NCBI GenBank assembly: GCA_965202985.1 | Contig: CBDBCF010000001.1 | Span: 2,272,001-2,336,000, forward strand | Length of the DNA stretch: 64,000 nucleotides | Reading direction: 5' to 3' | Source: Longimicrobiales bacterium | GTDB lineage: Bacteria > Gemmatimonadota > Gemmatimonadetes > Longimicrobiales > Gaopeijiaceae | Part shown: positions 10,740 to 20,576 of the stretch, piece after piece | Position numbering within the stretch: the stretch's first letter is position 1 | Layout of the letters: each line of letters opens with the position of its first letter | Notes under the pieces: model-generated | Seen by the model: only the letters and a program-made list of their open reading frames with translations | What the model was told of the DNA's origin: nothing | The model's database searches: none | Made by a program: the position numbers and the translations under genes

Positions 10740-11792
10740 TCAGTGGCTCATGGCGTAAACGATCATGTTCACGCCCATCTGATAGGCGAAGGTGGAGCGG
10801 TCCAACGGGTAGTCGGGCTGCTCCGCCCACTCCCAGGCGTCGCCCAGGTCCGTGTTCCAGTTGATCATGACCATGAGCCGCCCGTCGTCGTCCAGGATGC
10901 CCTTCACGTAAGGCACGTAGCCGTCGCGCTCGCTGTACCCGCCGTAGTAGTAGCGGCGGTAGGCGGGCACTTGCAGGATCTCCTCGATGTCGTAGAACGT
11001 GCTGAAGACCGGATGGGCCATGTCCAAGTCCACGATGCTGCGGTTGGGAAAGACTTGTTGCATTTGGTGCTCGAACCAAAGCCACTCTTGCGTGCCCCAG
11101 AAGTCGTCGATGACCAGGAAGCCGCCCGCCTTCAAGTAGTCCCGAAGTCCCGTCACCTCTTCGGGCGACAAGTTCATGTACCCCACTTCCAATGCATAAA
11201 GAAACGGAAAACGCCGAAGCCGCTCGTCGGTCAACAGCACGGCGTTTTCGTATGCAAATGCGTCCAAGTTGGTCAGCCGTCGAAGCACGGTCAGGAACTG
11301 GCGGTCCGCCTTGGGATAGTCGGTGGCCCAGGCCCCCCGGCGTCCTCGCCCGCGGCCGAACGAAGAATAGGCCGCCCGAGTAAAGTAGAACTCGTGCCAT
11401 TCCTGCGGATTCGGCTGCCAGTCGGGCGACGGGGCCACAAAGCGGAGGGAGGCGTTCTCGGCGATGTGGTCGGCAGCCGTAGCTGTGGGGCCGGCAACCG
11501 TAGCCGCGTGGTCGGCGACCGTAGCCGCGGCGTTCGCCACGCCCCGGACCGCGTCGATCCGGGCCGGCGCCTTCTCGACTGCGCGCTCGGCTCCCGGAAC
11601 CCCCGACAACGCGATCCCGACCGCCGCCGCGCCCCCGGCCAGCCCCAGCAACGTCAGGACGGGCGCCGCCGCACCAGCACGCCGGCCGAGCGGCTCCCGC
11701 GCCCGCCCGGTCGGTGCTGCGCTCGCCCCATGCCGACCTTCGTCTTGCGCCCGCTGCCGGCTCCGGCCCTGTCGCAAACGTGAACGCTGCAC
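10740..11792 (-). CDS. DUF4159 domain protein (second copy; in frame with upstream msrQ)
   Basis: WATDYPKADRQF, YLKAGGFLVIDDFWG, NWNTDLGDAWE, GVNMIVYAMSH. Internal GTG 11792 is preceded by GGAGG. Confidence 0.85.
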   Translation of the reverse strand: MQRSRLRQGRSRQRAQDEGRHGASAAPTGRAREPLGRRAGAAAPVLTLLGLAGGAAAVGIALSGVPGAERAVEKAPARIDAVRGVANAAATVADHAATVAGPTATAADHIAENASLRFVAPSPDWQPNPQEWHEFYFTRAAYSSFGRGRGRRGAWATDYPKADRQFLTVLRRLTNLDAFAYENAVLLTDERLRRFPFLYALEVGYMNLSPEEVTGLRDYLKAGGFLVIDDFWGTQEWLWFEHQMQQVFPNRSIVDLDMAHPVFSTFYDIEEILQVPAYRRYYYGGYSERDGYVPYVKGILDDDGRLMVMINWNTDLGDAWEWAEQPDYPLDRSTFAYQMGVNMIVYAMSH

Positions 11793-12428
11793 TCCGCCCC
11801 TCCCTCTTCGCCTAGTTGCATGGACGGCCCGCGCCCCCAGCAGGGTTGCCAGCACCAGCGCCGCCACGGAGGGCCAGAAGGTGTCCGCCTTCACCTTCCA
11901 GAAGAAGTGGAGGACGCCCAGGCCCGCCGCAACATACGCCAGTCGGTGGAGCCGCTGCCAGCGCTTGCCCAGCCGCCGAATCCACCCCTTGGTGGAAGTG
12001 ACCGCCAGCGGAACCATGAGCACCAGCCCAGCGAAGCCGGCCGTGATGTATCGCCGCTCGACCACGTCCTCCACGATGTAGGCGAGCGCGAAGAGCTGGT
12101 CCATCCCCGCGTAGGCGACGAAGTGCACGCAGGCGTGAAAGAACGCGAACAGTCCCAGCAGGCGCCGCACTTGCACAAGCCGGTTCCACTTGGCCAAGCG
12201 CCGCAGCGGCGTGACCGCCAGCACCGCCAACAGGAACACCAGCGTCCACCGGCCTTCCACCAGAATAATCTTCTCGACGGGGTTGGCGCCCAGCGCGCCG
12301 CGTGCAAGCCCGACGGCCAGCCAGACCACCGGCGCCAGACCTGCAAGCCACACTGCGATTTTGAGCAGAAGCACCTGCCGGGCCGGGGCCACGACGTTGC
12401 CGTGGAGGAGCCGCCTTGCCGAGGCCAC
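11793..12428 (-). CDS. msrQ: Protein-methionine-sulfoxide reductase heme-binding subunit MsrQ (no in-frame stop before the DUF4159 domain)
   Basis: LGANPVE, VTPLRR, RRLLGLFAFFHACVH, PLAVTST..WIRRLGKRWQRLHRLAY, LHFFW. Lies directly downstream of msrP. Start (GTG 12428 or 12392) is uncertain. Confidence 0.9.
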
Positions 12429-12448
12429 GAAGCCGCGGGGCCGAGCGG

Positions 12449-13387
12449 CTAGAAGTGCTTCTTCAGGTCCATGCCCTCGTACAGGTGCGCCACTTCGTCG
12501 GCGTACCCGTTGAGGAAGCGGGTCGGAACCCGGCCGAACAGCCGGCCCAAGGGCTTCTCGCGGGCCTGGCTCCAGCGCGGGTGGGCCACGTCGGGATTCA
12601 CGTTGGAGTAGAAGCCGTACTCCGACGGCGCCTGGGTTGCCCAGGTGGTCTGCGGCTCTTCGGCGGTGAAGGTCATGCGCACGATCGACTTGATGCTCTT
12701 GAAGCCGTACTTCCACGGCACGACAAGCCGCAGAGGCGCGCCGTTTTGGTTGGGCAAGTCCTTTCCGTACATGCCCGTGGCCAGCAGCGCCAGCGGGTGC
12801 AGGGCTTCGTCCAGGCGCAGGCCTTCGCGGTACGGCCAGCCGATACGAGGCACCCAGCGCCGCTCCGGCATCTGGCGCGGGTCCCAGAGCGTCTCGAAGG
12901 CCACGTATTCGGCGTCGGCCAGCGGGTCGGCCCGCCGAATCACGTCGGCCAGCGGGAAGCCCCGCCACGGCACCACCATCGACCAAGCCTCCACGCACCG
13001 GAAGCGGTAGACGCGGTCTTCGAGCACCGACGGTTTGACGAAGTCCTCCAGCGCGTAGTCGGCGGGGTTGTTGCAGAGCCCGTCCACCTTCACGGTCCAG
13101 GGCCGCGTGACCAGCGTGTGGGCGTTGCGGGCCGGATCCTCCTTGCCGAGGCCGAACTCGTAGAAGTTGTTGTAGCTAGTGACCAGGTCTTCGTCGGTGG
13201 GCTCCAGCTCTTGGTTGGCCAGCGGGTTCGGGGCGACTCCCGCTGCGGCCGCGTCGCCGAACCCCAGGAGCGTCGCCGCCCCGACGCCTGCGGACGCCCC
13301 CAGGAACGCCCGGCGGTCCAGGTAGACGCTCTCGGACGTGATCTCGGAGGAGCGGATGCGGTTCCCGGCGGCAACTCGAACGATCAT
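12449..13387 (-). CDS. msrP: Protein-methionine-sulfoxide reductase catalytic subunit MsrP
   Basis: [13 protein letters not shown] Tat signal, [60 protein letters not shown]. Confidence 0.97.
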   Translation of the reverse strand: MIVRVAAGNRIRSSEITSESVYLDRRAFLGASAGVGAATLLGFGDAAAAGVAPNPLANQELEPTDEDLVTSYNNFYEFGLGKEDPARNAHTLVTRPWTVKVDGLCNNPADYALEDFVKPSVLEDRVYRFRCVEAWSMVVPWRGFPLADVIRRADPLADAEYVAFETLWDPRQMPERRWVPRIGWPYREGLRLDEALHPLALLATGMYGKDLPNQNGAPLRLVVPWKYGFKSIKSIVRMTFTAEEPQTTWATQAPSEYGFYSNVNPDVAHPRWSQAREKPLGRLFGRVPTRFLNGYADEVAHLYEGMDLKKHF

Positions 13388-13643
13388 GACGGCTTCCTTT
13401 GGTGCGGCAAGGTTCCCGGGGGCGGTCCGAGGACGGGCGACGACCCACGGCGCGGCTCGACCAGGGAATGATCGGCCCGGAAGCGGCCGACTGTCAAATC
13501 CGGGTGCCCCCCGAGGGTGGAGCGCGCGGCCAAAGGGCAAGCGCGCGGGCCAAGGGGCGAGCTGCCGGCCGGGCTGGGCGAAGCGCCGGGTTGGGGCAGG
13601 CGGTGACCCACCTTGTATGCCGCAAATCGTCGGATGCTGCATT

Positions 13644-13677
13644 TTGACTGCAATCATACTCATGTTATACTCAAGCC
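13644..13677 (+). promoter_or_regulatory. Sigma70-type promoter for a leaderless vapB transcript with overlapping direct-repeat operator
   Basis: TTGACT (13644-13649), 16 nt, TGn-TATACT (13666-13671), 6 nt, ATG 13678. ATACTCA is repeated at 13656 and 13667. Confidence 0.65.
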
Positions 13678-14088
13678 ATGAATCCCAAGCGCCTTCAAGT
13701 GGTCGTCTCCGAGGCCGAGCACGACGAGATCCGCAGTGCGGCGGAGCGGGACCGTACGACGGTGTCGGCCTGGGTCCGCCGGGCGCTCCGTCAAGCCCGG
13801 GCCGCGGGGCGTCGGGGCAAGTACGCCGACCCCGAGGGTCGAGTCCAGGTTGCCGTTTCTGCCGGCGCGCTCGAAGCGGTCCGTGCTCGCCACGGGTTCC
13901 TGGACCGCGCAGCGGCTGCCGAGTACGCGGTCCGGCGCACCGCCGTGGCGCCCATGACCAAGGCCGAAGCGCTCGACATGCAGGGCGTGGGCTGGGAAGG
14001 AAACGTGGCCGGAATGCGTGCCGGCGCCAGCCGCAGCGACCAAGGCGCGGACGAGCTTCGCGACCTCTGGATCGGCGCCGCCGAGTGA
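13678..14088 (+). CDS. vapB: VapB-like antitoxin with two ribbon-helix-helix-like segments
   Basis: [29 protein letters not shown] (CopG-like), then [31 protein letters not shown] (VapB-like). Directly upstream of a PIN gene. Confidence 0.7.
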   Translation: MNPKRLQVVVSEAEHDEIRSAAERDRTTVSAWVRRALRQARAAGRRGKYADPEGRVQVAVSAGALEAVRARHGFLDRAAAAEYAVRRTAVAPMTKAEALDMQGVGWEGNVAGMRAGASRSDQGADELRDLWIGAAE

Positions 14089-14119
14089 ACGGGCTGCGAC
14101 CGAGGAGCCGGCGGGTAGC

Positions 14120-14515
14120 GTGATCGTCGACACGTCGGCGTGGGCCGAGTACCTCGAGGGTACCGGCAGCCCGACGCACTTGGCCCTTCGCGCCCGCATC
14201 GAGTCAGAGTCGGCGATCCGCGTTCCAGCCCCGGTCGTCATGGAGCTCCTGGCCGGATGCGCAAGCGAACAGGCCACGCGCGACATGATCCGCTTTCTCG
14301 CCCGCTTCGACGCCCTGGGGACCCACGGCTTGACCGACTTCGAGGACGCGGCGCTGCTCTGGCGGGCCTGCCGACGGACCGGCCATCCCGTGCGTTCGAC
14401 GACCGACTGCTTGGTCGCCGCAACCGCAATGCGAACCGGCCAGCCGCTGCTGGTGCACGACCCGGACCTGGAAGCCCTGGCCCGGCACTTGGGGCTCGAT
14501 TTGGTCGAACCGTAG
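14120..14515 (+). CDS. vapC: VapC PIN-domain ribonuclease toxin
   Basis: GTG start. [25 protein letters not shown] and VHDPD carry the acidic PIN tetrad. Confidence 0.9.
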   Translation: MIVDTSAWAEYLEGTGSPTHLALRARIESESAIRVPAPVVMELLAGCASEQATRDMIRFLARFDALGTHGLTDFEDAALLWRACRRTGHPVRSTTDCLVAATAMRTGQPLLVHDPDLEALARHLGLDLVEP

Positions 14516-14516
14516 G

Positions 14517-14544
14517 TTGCGGAGGCGTGTGCGCCCGGTAGAAT
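14517..14544 (+). promoter_or_regulatory. Putative sigma70 promoter of the restriction-like operon
   Basis: TTGCGG (14517-14522), 16 nt, TAGAAT (14539-14544), upstream of ATG 14599. Confidence 0.45.
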
Positions 14545-14598
14545 GTCCACCCGTCCTCGCGCCCGGACCTGCCCCCCAAGCCCGTAGCCCCAGCCCCC

Positions 14599-17500
14599 AT
14601 GACCGTCCCCACGATCTTCGAGACCTGCCGCCCGCGGAGGGACGTGTTGGCCGGGGTCGCCGACGCCGAGTTCGCGGCCGACCTGGCCCAGGTGCTCACC
14701 GACGCCGGCAGCGCCGACTACCGCGACCCCGTTCGGTTCTTCGCCAACACGTACCCCACGCGGGGAATCAGGAACCTGCTGGCCAACGTGTGCAGGCGGC
14801 TGTCGGGGGCCGGCGGCGACGTAGCCGCGATCTTTCGTCTGGACACGTCCTACGGGGGCGGCAAGACGCACGGGCTCATCGCGCTGGCCCACGCCGCTCG
14901 GGGCCTCGACGGCGTACCGGACTTGGCCGACTTCGTGGACCCGGCCGTCGTTCCCAACGAGCCCGTCCGCGTCGCGGCGTTCGACGGCGAAAACGCCGAC
15001 CCCGCCAACGGCCGCGCCTTGGAGGACGGCCTGCTCGCCCACACCCCCTGGGGCGAGATCGCCTACGCCCTGGGCGGCCGCGCAGGGTACGAACGGGTTC
15101 GGGAGAGCGACGCGCGCTGCGTTGCACCGGGGGCCGACACCCTGCGGGAGCTCTTCGGAGGCCGGCCCGCCTTGGTGCTGCTCGACGAGCTGTCCGTCTA
15201 CCTCCGCAAGGTGCAGGACGCGGAAGAGGGCCGCGACCAGCTGACGGCGTTCCTCACGTCGCTCTTCAAGGCGGTCGAGAGCACGCCCAACGTGGCGCTC
15301 GTCTACACGCTGGCGGTGGGCAAGGGTGGCCGGGGCACCGACGCCTACGCCGACGAGAACAGCTTCATCGCCGACCGGATGCAGGAGGCCGAGAAGGTGT
15401 CCGCCCGCAAGGCCACCCTCCTCAACCCGACGGAGCAGGACGAAACGGTTCACGTCCTCCGCCGACGCCTCTTCGAGGACATCGACGACCGCCGGGCCGC
15501 CGAGGTCGCGTCCGCATACGCAGCCGTGTGGAAGGCCAACGCCGAATCCCTGGCCCCGGACGCCGTCCGCCCGGAGACCCGGCAGCTGCTCGCCGACGGC
15601 TACCCCTTCCATCCCGAGGTCCTGGAGACCCTCACCGACAAGACCGCCACGCTGGAGACCTTCCAGCGCGTGCGGGGAATGCTGCGGCTGCTGGCCCGCA
15701 CGATCCACCACCTCTGGGAGACCCGGCCCGACGACGCCACCGCGATCCACGTCCACCACGTCGATCCGGGTCAAGAGTCCATCCGACAAGAGATCGTCAC
15801 GCGCCTAGGCCAGTCGAGCTACGTGCCTGCCATCGACGCCGACGTGTCCAGCGGCAAGCCCAGCGCCCGCGCCAAGCCCAGCGCGTCCAGCGGCAAGCCT
15901 AGCGCCCGCGCCAAGCCCAGCAAGAAGTCGCTCGCTCAGCAGATCGACACCGAACATCACAGGGGACTGCCTCCCTACGCCGAGTACGCGGCCCGCACAA
16001 TCTTCCTGCACACGCTGGCGTACAACGACCCGCTCAAGGGGCTGTCTCCCGCTGACCTGCGCTACTCGGTGCTCGGCCCCGCCACGGACCTCAGCTTCAT
16101 CGAAGGCGCGCGCAAGAAGTTCGTCGGCGAGTCCGCTTACCTGGACGACCGGCCCGGCTCGCCGATGCGCTTCCTGGCAGAGGCCAACCTGACGCAGATC
16201 GTCCGTCGCGAGGAGCGCAACGTGGACGCCGAAGAGGTGCGCGCCCACCTGAACGACGGCATCCGCAGGATATTCGAGGGCAAGACCCTGGAGGCCGTGT
16301 GCTTTCCGGGCGGCCCCCACGACGTGGCCGACGAAGCGGGCGAAAGCCGTCCCAAGCTGGTGGTGATCGCGTACGACGCCGTGGCGCTCGACGGGACAGT
16401 GGAGGGCGTGCCCGACCTGATCGACCGAATCTACTCGCGCAAGGGTTCGGACGGCTCGGCGCTCCGCCTCTTCCGCAACAGCGTGGTCTTCGTGGTAGCG
16501 GACGAGTCCCGTCGCGAGGAGATGCGGGACAAGGTGCGTCGGCGGCTGGCGTTGCGGGAGCTCAAGAAGCCGGAGCGCATGGAGGCGCTGGCGGACCACC
16601 AGCGGACCAAAGTGCGGGAGTGGGCCGAGCGCTCGGAAACGGACGAGGCCGTGTCGATTCAGCAGTGTTACCGCCACGTCTTCTACCCCTCCCGCAACCG
16701 GATCGGCGACAGCATGGTCGATCTCGCGCACACGGCCATTGACGCGCCCTCGACCTCCGATAGGCCGGGCGCGGGGCAGCAGCAGGTCGTCCGCGTGCTC
16801 CGGGACCTGGCCAAGCTGCGGCTGGCCGACGACGAGCCCGACTCGCCGGCGTACGTTCGGGACCGGACGCCGCTTCGCAAGGGGGAGATGACGACCCGTG
16901 CACTCCGCAACGAGTTCCGACGCGACCCGTCGCTGCCGATTCTGGTGGGCGACGAGGTCTTCGTTCAGGGCGTGCGGACCGGGGTCGAGCAGGGCGACTA
17001 CGTGTACCGGAGCGGGGAGCTGCTCTACGGCCCCGGCGACCCGGCGGCTACGATCCGGATCGACGAGCAGTCGATCGTGCACACGATGGCCTACGCGAAG
17101 AACAAGGGCGTGTGGCCCAGACCGGAGCAGAAGTCGAAGGAGACGGAGGGTCCGACGGCCGCGGACCAGGGCGCGCTGGGGATCGAGCCCACGCCCACCG
17201 ACCGGGACGGCGCTGCGGAGGGCGGCGAAGAGCCGTCGGTCGTCGGCCCGTTCCAGGTCGAGGCCCCCTTCCGCGAGGCGATCGTCCGCGTGTGGGAGCA
17301 GGCGCGCGACCGGGGGTGCCGGCAGATCGAGAAGCTGGTCGTCCGCGTGTTTCAGGTGGACGAGGCGCTCCGCGTCATGAGCGTCGTGGGCGCGCTGCCG
17401 GGTGCCGCCAAGACGGTCAGGCTGGAGGGAAGCTACGAGACCCGGGACGGGGGCTCGCTGGAGTTGGAGTTCACCGGGTCAATCGAGGACGCCGATCCGG

Positions 17501-17685
17501 TGAAGGAGTTCCTCCAGTCCCAGATGCGGGCGGCAACGAGCACAAGCCTCGAGGTCCGCTACGAGCTCACCTTCGAGGCCGGCTTGACGACGGACGAGGA
17601 CGGCCCGAAAATGATCATCGAGCGGCTGTCCCGGTTCGTGAGCGGATCGACGGCCGTGTCGGCTACCGGAACGGAGGAGGGCTGA
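14599..17685 (+). CDS. DUF499 family AAA+ ATPase (restriction-like/BREX-related defence ATPase)
   Basis: EFAADL, YRDPVRFFANTYPT, LDTSYGGGKTH Walker A, LLDELSVY Walker B, YPFHPE, FQRVRGMLRLLA. Confidence 0.9.
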   Translation: MTVPTIFETCRPRRDVLAGVADAEFAADLAQVLTDAGSADYRDPVRFFANTYPTRGIRNLLANVCRRLSGAGGDVAAIFRLDTSYGGGKTHGLIALAHAARGLDGVPDLADFVDPAVVPNEPVRVAAFDGENADPANGRALEDGLLAHTPWGEIAYALGGRAGYERVRESDARCVAPGADTLRELFGGRPALVLLDELSVYLRKVQDAEEGRDQLTAFLTSLFKAVESTPNVALVYTLAVGKGGRGTDAYADENSFIADRMQEAEKVSARKATLLNPTEQDETVHVLRRRLFEDIDDRRAAEVASAYAAVWKANAESLAPDAVRPETRQLLADGYPFHPEVLETLTDKTATLETFQRVRGMLRLLARTIHHLWETRPDDATAIHVHHVDPGQESIRQEIVTRLGQSSYVPAIDADVSSGKPSARAKPSASSGKPSARAKPSKKSLAQQIDTEHHRGLPPYAEYAARTIFLHTLAYNDPLKGLSPADLRYSVLGPATDLSFIEGARKKFVGESAYLDDRPGSPMRFLAEANLTQIVRREERNVDAEEVRAHLNDGIRRIFEGKTLEAVCFPGGPHDVADEAGESRPKLVVIAYDAVALDGTVEGVPDLIDRIYSRKGSDGSALRLFRNSVVFVVADESRREEMRDKVRRRLALRELKKPERMEALADHQRTKVREWAERSETDEAVSIQQCYRHVFYPSRNRIGDSMVDLAHTAIDAPSTSDRPGAGQQQVVRVLRDLAKLRLADDEPDSPAYVRDRTPLRKGEMTTRALRNEFRRDPSLPILVGDEVFVQGVRTGVEQGDYVYRSGELLYGPGDPAATIRIDEQSIVHTMAYAKNKGVWPRPEQKSKETEGPTAADQGALGIEPTPTDRDGAAEGGEEPSVVGPFQVEAPFREAIVRVWEQARDRGCRQIEKLVVRVFQVDEALRVMSVVGALPGAAKTVRLEGSYETRDGGSLELEFTGSIEDADPVKEFLQSQMRAATSTSLEVRYELTFEAGLTTDEDGPKMIIERLSRFVSGSTAVSATGTEEG
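15846..15921 (+). repeat. 39-nt in-frame tandem duplication
   Basis: GTCCAGCGGCAAGCC(C/T)AGCGCCCGCGCCAAGCCCAGC at 15846 and 15885, encoding SSGKPSARAKPS twice. Confidence 0.9.
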
Positions 17686-17686
17686 C

Positions 17687-18172
17687 GTGGCAAGACCAGG
17701 CCGAACTTCCCCTACCGCTTACCCCTTGTCCGCGCCCCAGTACGAGCTTCGCGCAAGGAGCCGCGGACCGGGCCTCGCCGAGTACGAGATCTGGCAGCTT
17801 CCGGCACCCGCCACGCCCCACGTGACCCGCCCCGTCCGGATCGCCGGGCTGCGCGGCCGCAACCTGGACCTGGTGGAGCACCGCGTCCTCCGTCGCTTGG
17901 CCCGCGGCGGCGTCAAGCTGCTCTCCCAAACGACCCGCGAACCCCGTGCCTACCCCCTCTCGGAGGACTTGGCCCTCTCGATCGGCCTGCTCTTCCGCTG
18001 CTTGGCGCCGATGCGGCACCGCGACCGGATGATCGCCGTCGCCGAAGGCGTGGACGCCATGGAGCGGGAAGAGGCGGGTTACTGGCTGGGCATGGCGATG
18101 CACCGTCGGAACCCGAGGCGCGTGCTGATGGCGCTGCGGTGTTTGCTGACGGAAGCCAGGTCAAGGCGATAA
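17687..18172 (+). CDS. Small accessory protein of the DUF499 operon (positional equivalent of DUF3780)
   Basis: GTG 1 nt after the DUF499 stop with GGAGG upstream. C-terminal MEREEAGYWL..RRVLMALRCLL. Assignment is mainly by position. Confidence 0.65.
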   Translation: MARPGRTSPTAYPLSAPQYELRARSRGPGLAEYEIWQLPAPATPHVTRPVRIAGLRGRNLDLVEHRVLRRLARGGVKLLSQTTREPRAYPLSEDLALSIGLLFRCLAPMRHRDRMIAVAEGVDAMEREEAGYWLGMAMHRRNPRRVLMALRCLLTEARSRR

Positions 18173-18877
18173 ATGGCGATGCGTATCACACCAGAGGTTG
18201 ATGTTGTGGCCATCAGCCTTGGCGGTCGATTTGTTCCCGCGACCTTCACGCCAGCATGGTTTGCCCTCACAGGGTTGTTGCCGAAGACCACCGCCAGCTC
18301 CGCCGTACTCTCGACTGCCCACGAGCACGAATTCAGCGCAGACTGGCTGATTTTCCATGTCGCCACCGAGCGCTTGGTAGCGATGACCGCTACCTGCGAA
18401 TCACGAGACCGACTGCTGGAGCTGGTGGTTGGGATGTTTCGAGATCATCAGCCTCATACGCCTCTCACAGATGTTGCGATCGAGCACATGGTTCACTTTC
18501 GATTTGAGAAACTTGCTGATCGAGACCGTCTTGCCACAACACTGGCACCTACTGAGCCCTGGGCAGAATGGGGTGCGAAACTTGGGCCAACCGGCAAGCA
18601 TGGGGGTATGACGTCCTTGACCATGACTCAACACAATCCAGCCGATCGATACGAAGGAGGCAAAATCAGCGTTACGGTGGAGCCTTCCAATCGCATCGGC
18701 CAGGAAGGCGGCACGGGTGTTTATGTCAAGGTACGGGATCAGTATGCTCTCGACGGCGATCAAGTATGCCGTCGCTTGATGAAACTGCTGACACAGGAAT
18801 TTGTCGGCGCACTGAATCGCAGCGATGACATCATTGATTTAATCATGGCGATCGGAACCAAGGAAGACGACAAGTGA
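18173..18877 (+). CDS. Hypothetical protein, possibly TIGR04255-like
   Basis: ATG abuts the previous TAA. AT-richer than flanks. Motifs FxPxxFTPAWF, HTPL...VHF and VTVEPS recall a TIGR04255-like family (unverified). Confidence 0.6.
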   Translation: MAMRITPEVDVVAISLGGRFVPATFTPAWFALTGLLPKTTASSAVLSTAHEHEFSADWLIFHVATERLVAMTATCESRDRLLELVVGMFRDHQPHTPLTDVAIEHMVHFRFEKLADRDRLATTLAPTEPWAEWGAKLGPTGKHGGMTSLTMTQHNPADRYEGGKISVTVEPSNRIGQEGGTGVYVKVRDQYALDGDQVCRRLMKLLTQEFVGALNRSDDIIDLIMAIGTKEDDK

Positions 18878-19479
18878 TGTCGCAACGAACCACTCGCCAA
18901 GAACGACGAAGCCAGGGAGACCACTTCTGGATGGCCATGAATACCGATGAAGTCGTCGCCTTCCCATCGGTGGCCCAAGGCGGGACGGCACCAAGCGAGG
19001 CATCTTTTGTTTCCGTCAGATTGGATGAGGTCGCCGGGAAGGCTATGGAGGTGGTCGGGTTGGCCGAGAATGCTCGTGTCCGCCCTGCGTATCCTGCTAT
19101 TCGCATCGAGCATCCTTCGATTTGGCCTTCTCTATTGGAACTGATGTCCGTTCCGACACTGGAACCGATTCAGGAATGGGAGGGTCATGTCGTAGACGTG
19201 GGCGATGAATACTTTACCGCACGACTGCTGGACGTAACTAGCGGATCCGACTACCCGGAGGAAGAAGCAGAGATTCTGCGACAAGAACTGTCGCCCGAAG
19301 ACAATCACCGACTTTCCGTCGGAAGCACGTTTCGATGGATTATCGGCTATGAGCAATATCGGAGCGGACAGAAAAAAAGAATATCGCAGATAACACTCCA
19401 TGATTTCCAATCTTCGCGCGATGTAGATTGGACTCGGGGACGCAGGTGGACTGACAAAATACGCAAAGCTCTTACGTGA
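18874..19479 (+). CDS. Hypothetical protein with C-terminal small beta-barrel (OB-like) domain
   Basis: GTGA overlap with the previous gene. C-terminal QEWEGHVVDV..FTARLLD..EEEAEI..LSVGSTFRWIIGY. N-terminus looks poorly structured. Confidence 0.6.
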   Translation: MMSQRTTRQERRSQGDHFWMAMNTDEVVAFPSVAQGGTAPSEASFVSVRLDEVAGKAMEVVGLAENARVRPAYPAIRIEHPSIWPSLLELMSVPTLEPIQEWEGHVVDVGDEYFTARLLDVTSGSDYPEEEAEILRQELSPEDNHRLSVGSTFRWIIGYEQYRSGQKKRISQITLHDFQSSRDVDWTRGRRWTDKIRKALT

Positions 19480-20576
19480 CCGAAGTTGCCAAGCCACCGG
19501 CGGCAGACGAATTTGAAGTCGTAGCAATCGGACCTGGATATGGTGAAGGCATCGCGTTGCACGTCGGGGGCAATAGATGGATCGTTGTCGATTCATGCAT
19601 TGCGCCGGGTGGCAAGGACCCTAGCATTTTGCGCTACCTCGAAACCCTGAAGGTCGATCCCGCTGAAGCCGTCGACGTTGTAGTCGCGACTCACTGGCAC
19701 GACGATCACATAGGAGGAATGGCCAAGACGCTGAAGGCGTGCAGCAGAGCGAAGTTCTGTTGTGCTAATGCACTGAAGTACGACGAATTTATGGCCACTG
19801 TCAGCACCCTGGAAGACGTCGATGACCCGATCCCTGTAGGAACAGGCGTTCGAGAAATGTATCAAGTCTTCGAGATATTGGCTGAAGATGAAGGTGCAGA
19901 TAGATGTCGCTTCGTAACGGCAAATCGTCGTATACTGAACAGAGATCACTGCGAGCTTTGGGTGCTGTCCCCGGCAGATGGCGAATACACCCATTTTTTG
20001 AGGACCATTGGAGAACAACGAAGGACATCGGTGAAAACAGGACGTCGCCTGGTTAGCCCAGGACGAAACGATGTGTCAGTGGCCCTTTGGCTAAGATCTG
20101 AAGAGGTTGTAGCAGTACTTGGCGCGGACCTGGAGAAGCAAGGGTGGATCAAGGTGTTGAAGAGCGAGAATCGACCGAAAGACGTGGCCTCATTGTTCAA
20201 GGTTCCGCACCACGGCTCGGTTGGTGCTGACGAACCGCGGGTATGGAAAGAGATGCTTGTGTCCGATCCGCTGGCCATAGTCACACCGTGGCGACTTGCA
20301 GGAAGGCAGTTGCCGATGGAATCGGATGTGAAGCGCATTTCTGGCCGCACGCCCCACGCGTATGCTACCTCAAGACCTTCGGTGGGCGATCGTCAGGTAC
20401 GAAAACGCAGCAACATCGTTGGAAAAACGTTGAAGGATACAACGCGGTCGTTCAGACCTGTTTCGTCTCATAGCATGGTCCGAGCACGCAAGAAGATGGG
20501 CTGTGACGAGGAGTGGCGCATTGAAACATTTGGCGATGCGTGTCACTTGAACAAGTACGCGGGGGGCGGAACATGA
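19476..20576 (+). CDS. Metallo-beta-lactamase fold hydrolase, ComEC/Rec2-like (putative nuclease)
   Basis: GYGEGI, IVVDSC, THWHDDHIGG, NDVSV, LGADLE, KVPHHGS. Confidence 0.88.
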   Translation: MTEVAKPPAADEFEVVAIGPGYGEGIALHVGGNRWIVVDSCIAPGGKDPSILRYLETLKVDPAEAVDVVVATHWHDDHIGGMAKTLKACSRAKFCCANALKYDEFMATVSTLEDVDDPIPVGTGVREMYQVFEILAEDEGADRCRFVTANRRILNRDHCELWVLSPADGEYTHFLRTIGEQRRTSVKTGRRLVSPGRNDVSVALWLRSEEVVAVLGADLEKQGWIKVLKSENRPKDVASLFKVPHHGSVGADEPRVWKEMLVSDPLAIVTPWRLAGRQLPMESDVKRISGRTPHAYATSRPSVGDRQVRKRSNIVGKTLKDTTRSFRPVSSHSMVRARKKMGCDEEWRIETFGDACHLNKYAGGGT

